From Diadema antillarum (taxonomy: Eukaryota): a stretch of 64,000 nt of DNA. Location of the stretch: the NCBI RefSeq assembly GCF_040938485.1, contig NW_027270906.1, forward strand, positions 1-64,000. Reading direction: 5' to 3'. The translations under genes were made by a program, and so were the position numbers. The notes under the pieces were generated by a model. The model was not told the origin of the DNA and made no database searches. It saw nothing but the letters and a program-made list of their open reading frames with translations. This document shows, piece by piece, positions 62,465 through 64,000 of the stretch (positions within the stretch are counted from its first letter, which is position 1; every line of letters begins with the position of its first letter).

Positions 62465-62625
62465 CAGGGGCGGATCCAGGAATTCTCTAAAGGGGGGAGG
62501 CGTGACTAATATTTCTGGTGCCACTTCCGGGTTTCATTTCATTTTTTTTTCATTTCTTTTGTTTTTAACGAAAAATAAAGGGGGGGGGCGTGCGCCGGTT
62601 GCGCCCCCCTCTGGATCCACCACTG
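62465..62625. mobile_element. caggggcggatccag MITE with 5-bp TSD (GTTGT)
   Basis: gttgt|caggggcggatccag...ctggatccaccactg|gttgt; inverted relative to 57719-57885. Confidence 0.85.
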
Positions 62626-63371
62626 GTTGTTAATTGCATTTAGGAAGATCTATAGATCACGTGACAACCTTGTATGCAGTAACTCCACCCAATTTATCAT
62701 ATCAACCTTGGATGTTAATGGCGTTCGAAAGAAAACAATATAAAGGCGATCCGATTATCATGAAAAAATAATAATTAGGCAATAATGCTATATCGCCTTC
62801 ATTTCATTTCATTTCATTTTCATTCATTTATTTAAGCACGGCACATAGGCTTCAGTCCAGAGACTGTTCTTCCGCAGGTCCATGCGGATAAAATACAACA
62901 TAAATACATTAGAAATAAAAAACAAAATTCATACATAAAAGAAAACAGACAAACATGGTGGTGAAACTATACGGCACACATCTATATAATAGACAGAAAA
63001 AAACATGATCGGGATATATCCATATACACAATTACTATACAAGTACATCGCCGCAGTTTAAAGTGAAAGAGACGAAAACAAAGGAGAGTTCAGGAGAGAG
63101 AGAGAGAGACAGAAAGGGAGAGAGAGGAGATAAGGAGAGAGAAGTGCATGCAAAGAAAAACCAGGAAAGTTATCTATTAACAGTTTCGGTCGAATGCATT
63201 TTTAAAGCCTATAAACATTGGTGTTTGTTTCAGTTCAAATGCATGGTAACTTTATTATTTCAATTTATTGTTTTGATCCAGATGTCAAATTTTTATGTTC
63301 TAGTAAAACAAGTCTTAATCCGAGGTAACACAAAATCTAACGATGAATTCCTTACATTCACATAGGGCCTA

Positions 63372-63419
<48 letters not shown>

Positions 63420-64000
63420 CTATATATATCTGACATAGGCCTATAGGACTCTGTCTGGTGCAAGTATGATGTGTATCGGTGATATAACAAAACAACTAAT
63501 AAGAGACTAGCTTACGATGCGAATTACCTCGTCGACCTACGCGAGAGAGATATATTTCCTACAAGTCAAACAATTTTAGTCATTTTTCAGCTCTCTTATT
63601 TTTCTAACTGGAGTATAATATATAGATCGACTTTATCTTGTGCTTTTTTTAGTTTGATGTCTGTTATAGAAACTCCTAATGAACACAAAGCAGGTGTTAA
63701 TATATTAATACTATGAGTGACTCGCCCGTACTTTACGATCGATTACAAAGAACTGATGTGTAACCAGTCGTAGCGACGATTGAACAGTTTATAATCAGCG
63801 ATGATGCGGCTTTGTTGCATCTAAAAGTTCTCAAAAAGTTACATGCAACCGTCCAAAATAAAATATGATATTTTCTTTGTATATTGATTCAATAACTTTA
63901 CCCTGTTTGACAGTGCGACAATATTGTATAAATTTGTAGGACAAAAGTTATCACTGCACTGTTACGCATTTCCGGCCACAATCGATCATACAATCCCCGT

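Overview
Intron-rich animal genomic DNA, not prokaryotic. The GT-AG gene structures, microsatellites, many MITEs/SINEs and gene content suggest an invertebrate deuterostome, plausibly a sea-urchin-like echinoderm (inference only). Five protein-coding loci were reconstructed by hand from splice sites and phase continuity. (1) Two internal exons of a class A GPCR (+, 1124-6237). (2) An uncharacterised Macro-like + TIR + TIR protein (-, 14096 down to at least 8414) whose 3' end is not found. (3) FTCDNL1-like stand-alone formiminotransferase (-, 29185-25207, complete, 344 aa). (4) B3GNTL1/QTGAL queuosine-tRNA galactosyltransferase (+, 33681-40981, 11 exons, first coding exon not located), head-to-head with gene 3. 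(5) SLC29A4/ENT4-like nucleoside transporter (-, 54475-46178, 7 coding exons) with two apparent +1 frameshifts and a GC-AG intron. The non-coding DNA holds decayed Sola2-like DDE transposons, a 1.37 kb near-perfect palindrome with ATAT target-site duplication, nested TEs, tRNA-derived SINEs and several MITE families. The best candidate for an undescribed system is the Macro-TIR-TIR gene. It fuses in one chain the two domain types (TIR signal producer, Macro ADP-ribose-type sensor) that cooperate in bacterial type II Thoeris immunity. All homology calls come from motif recognition by eye; no database searches were run.
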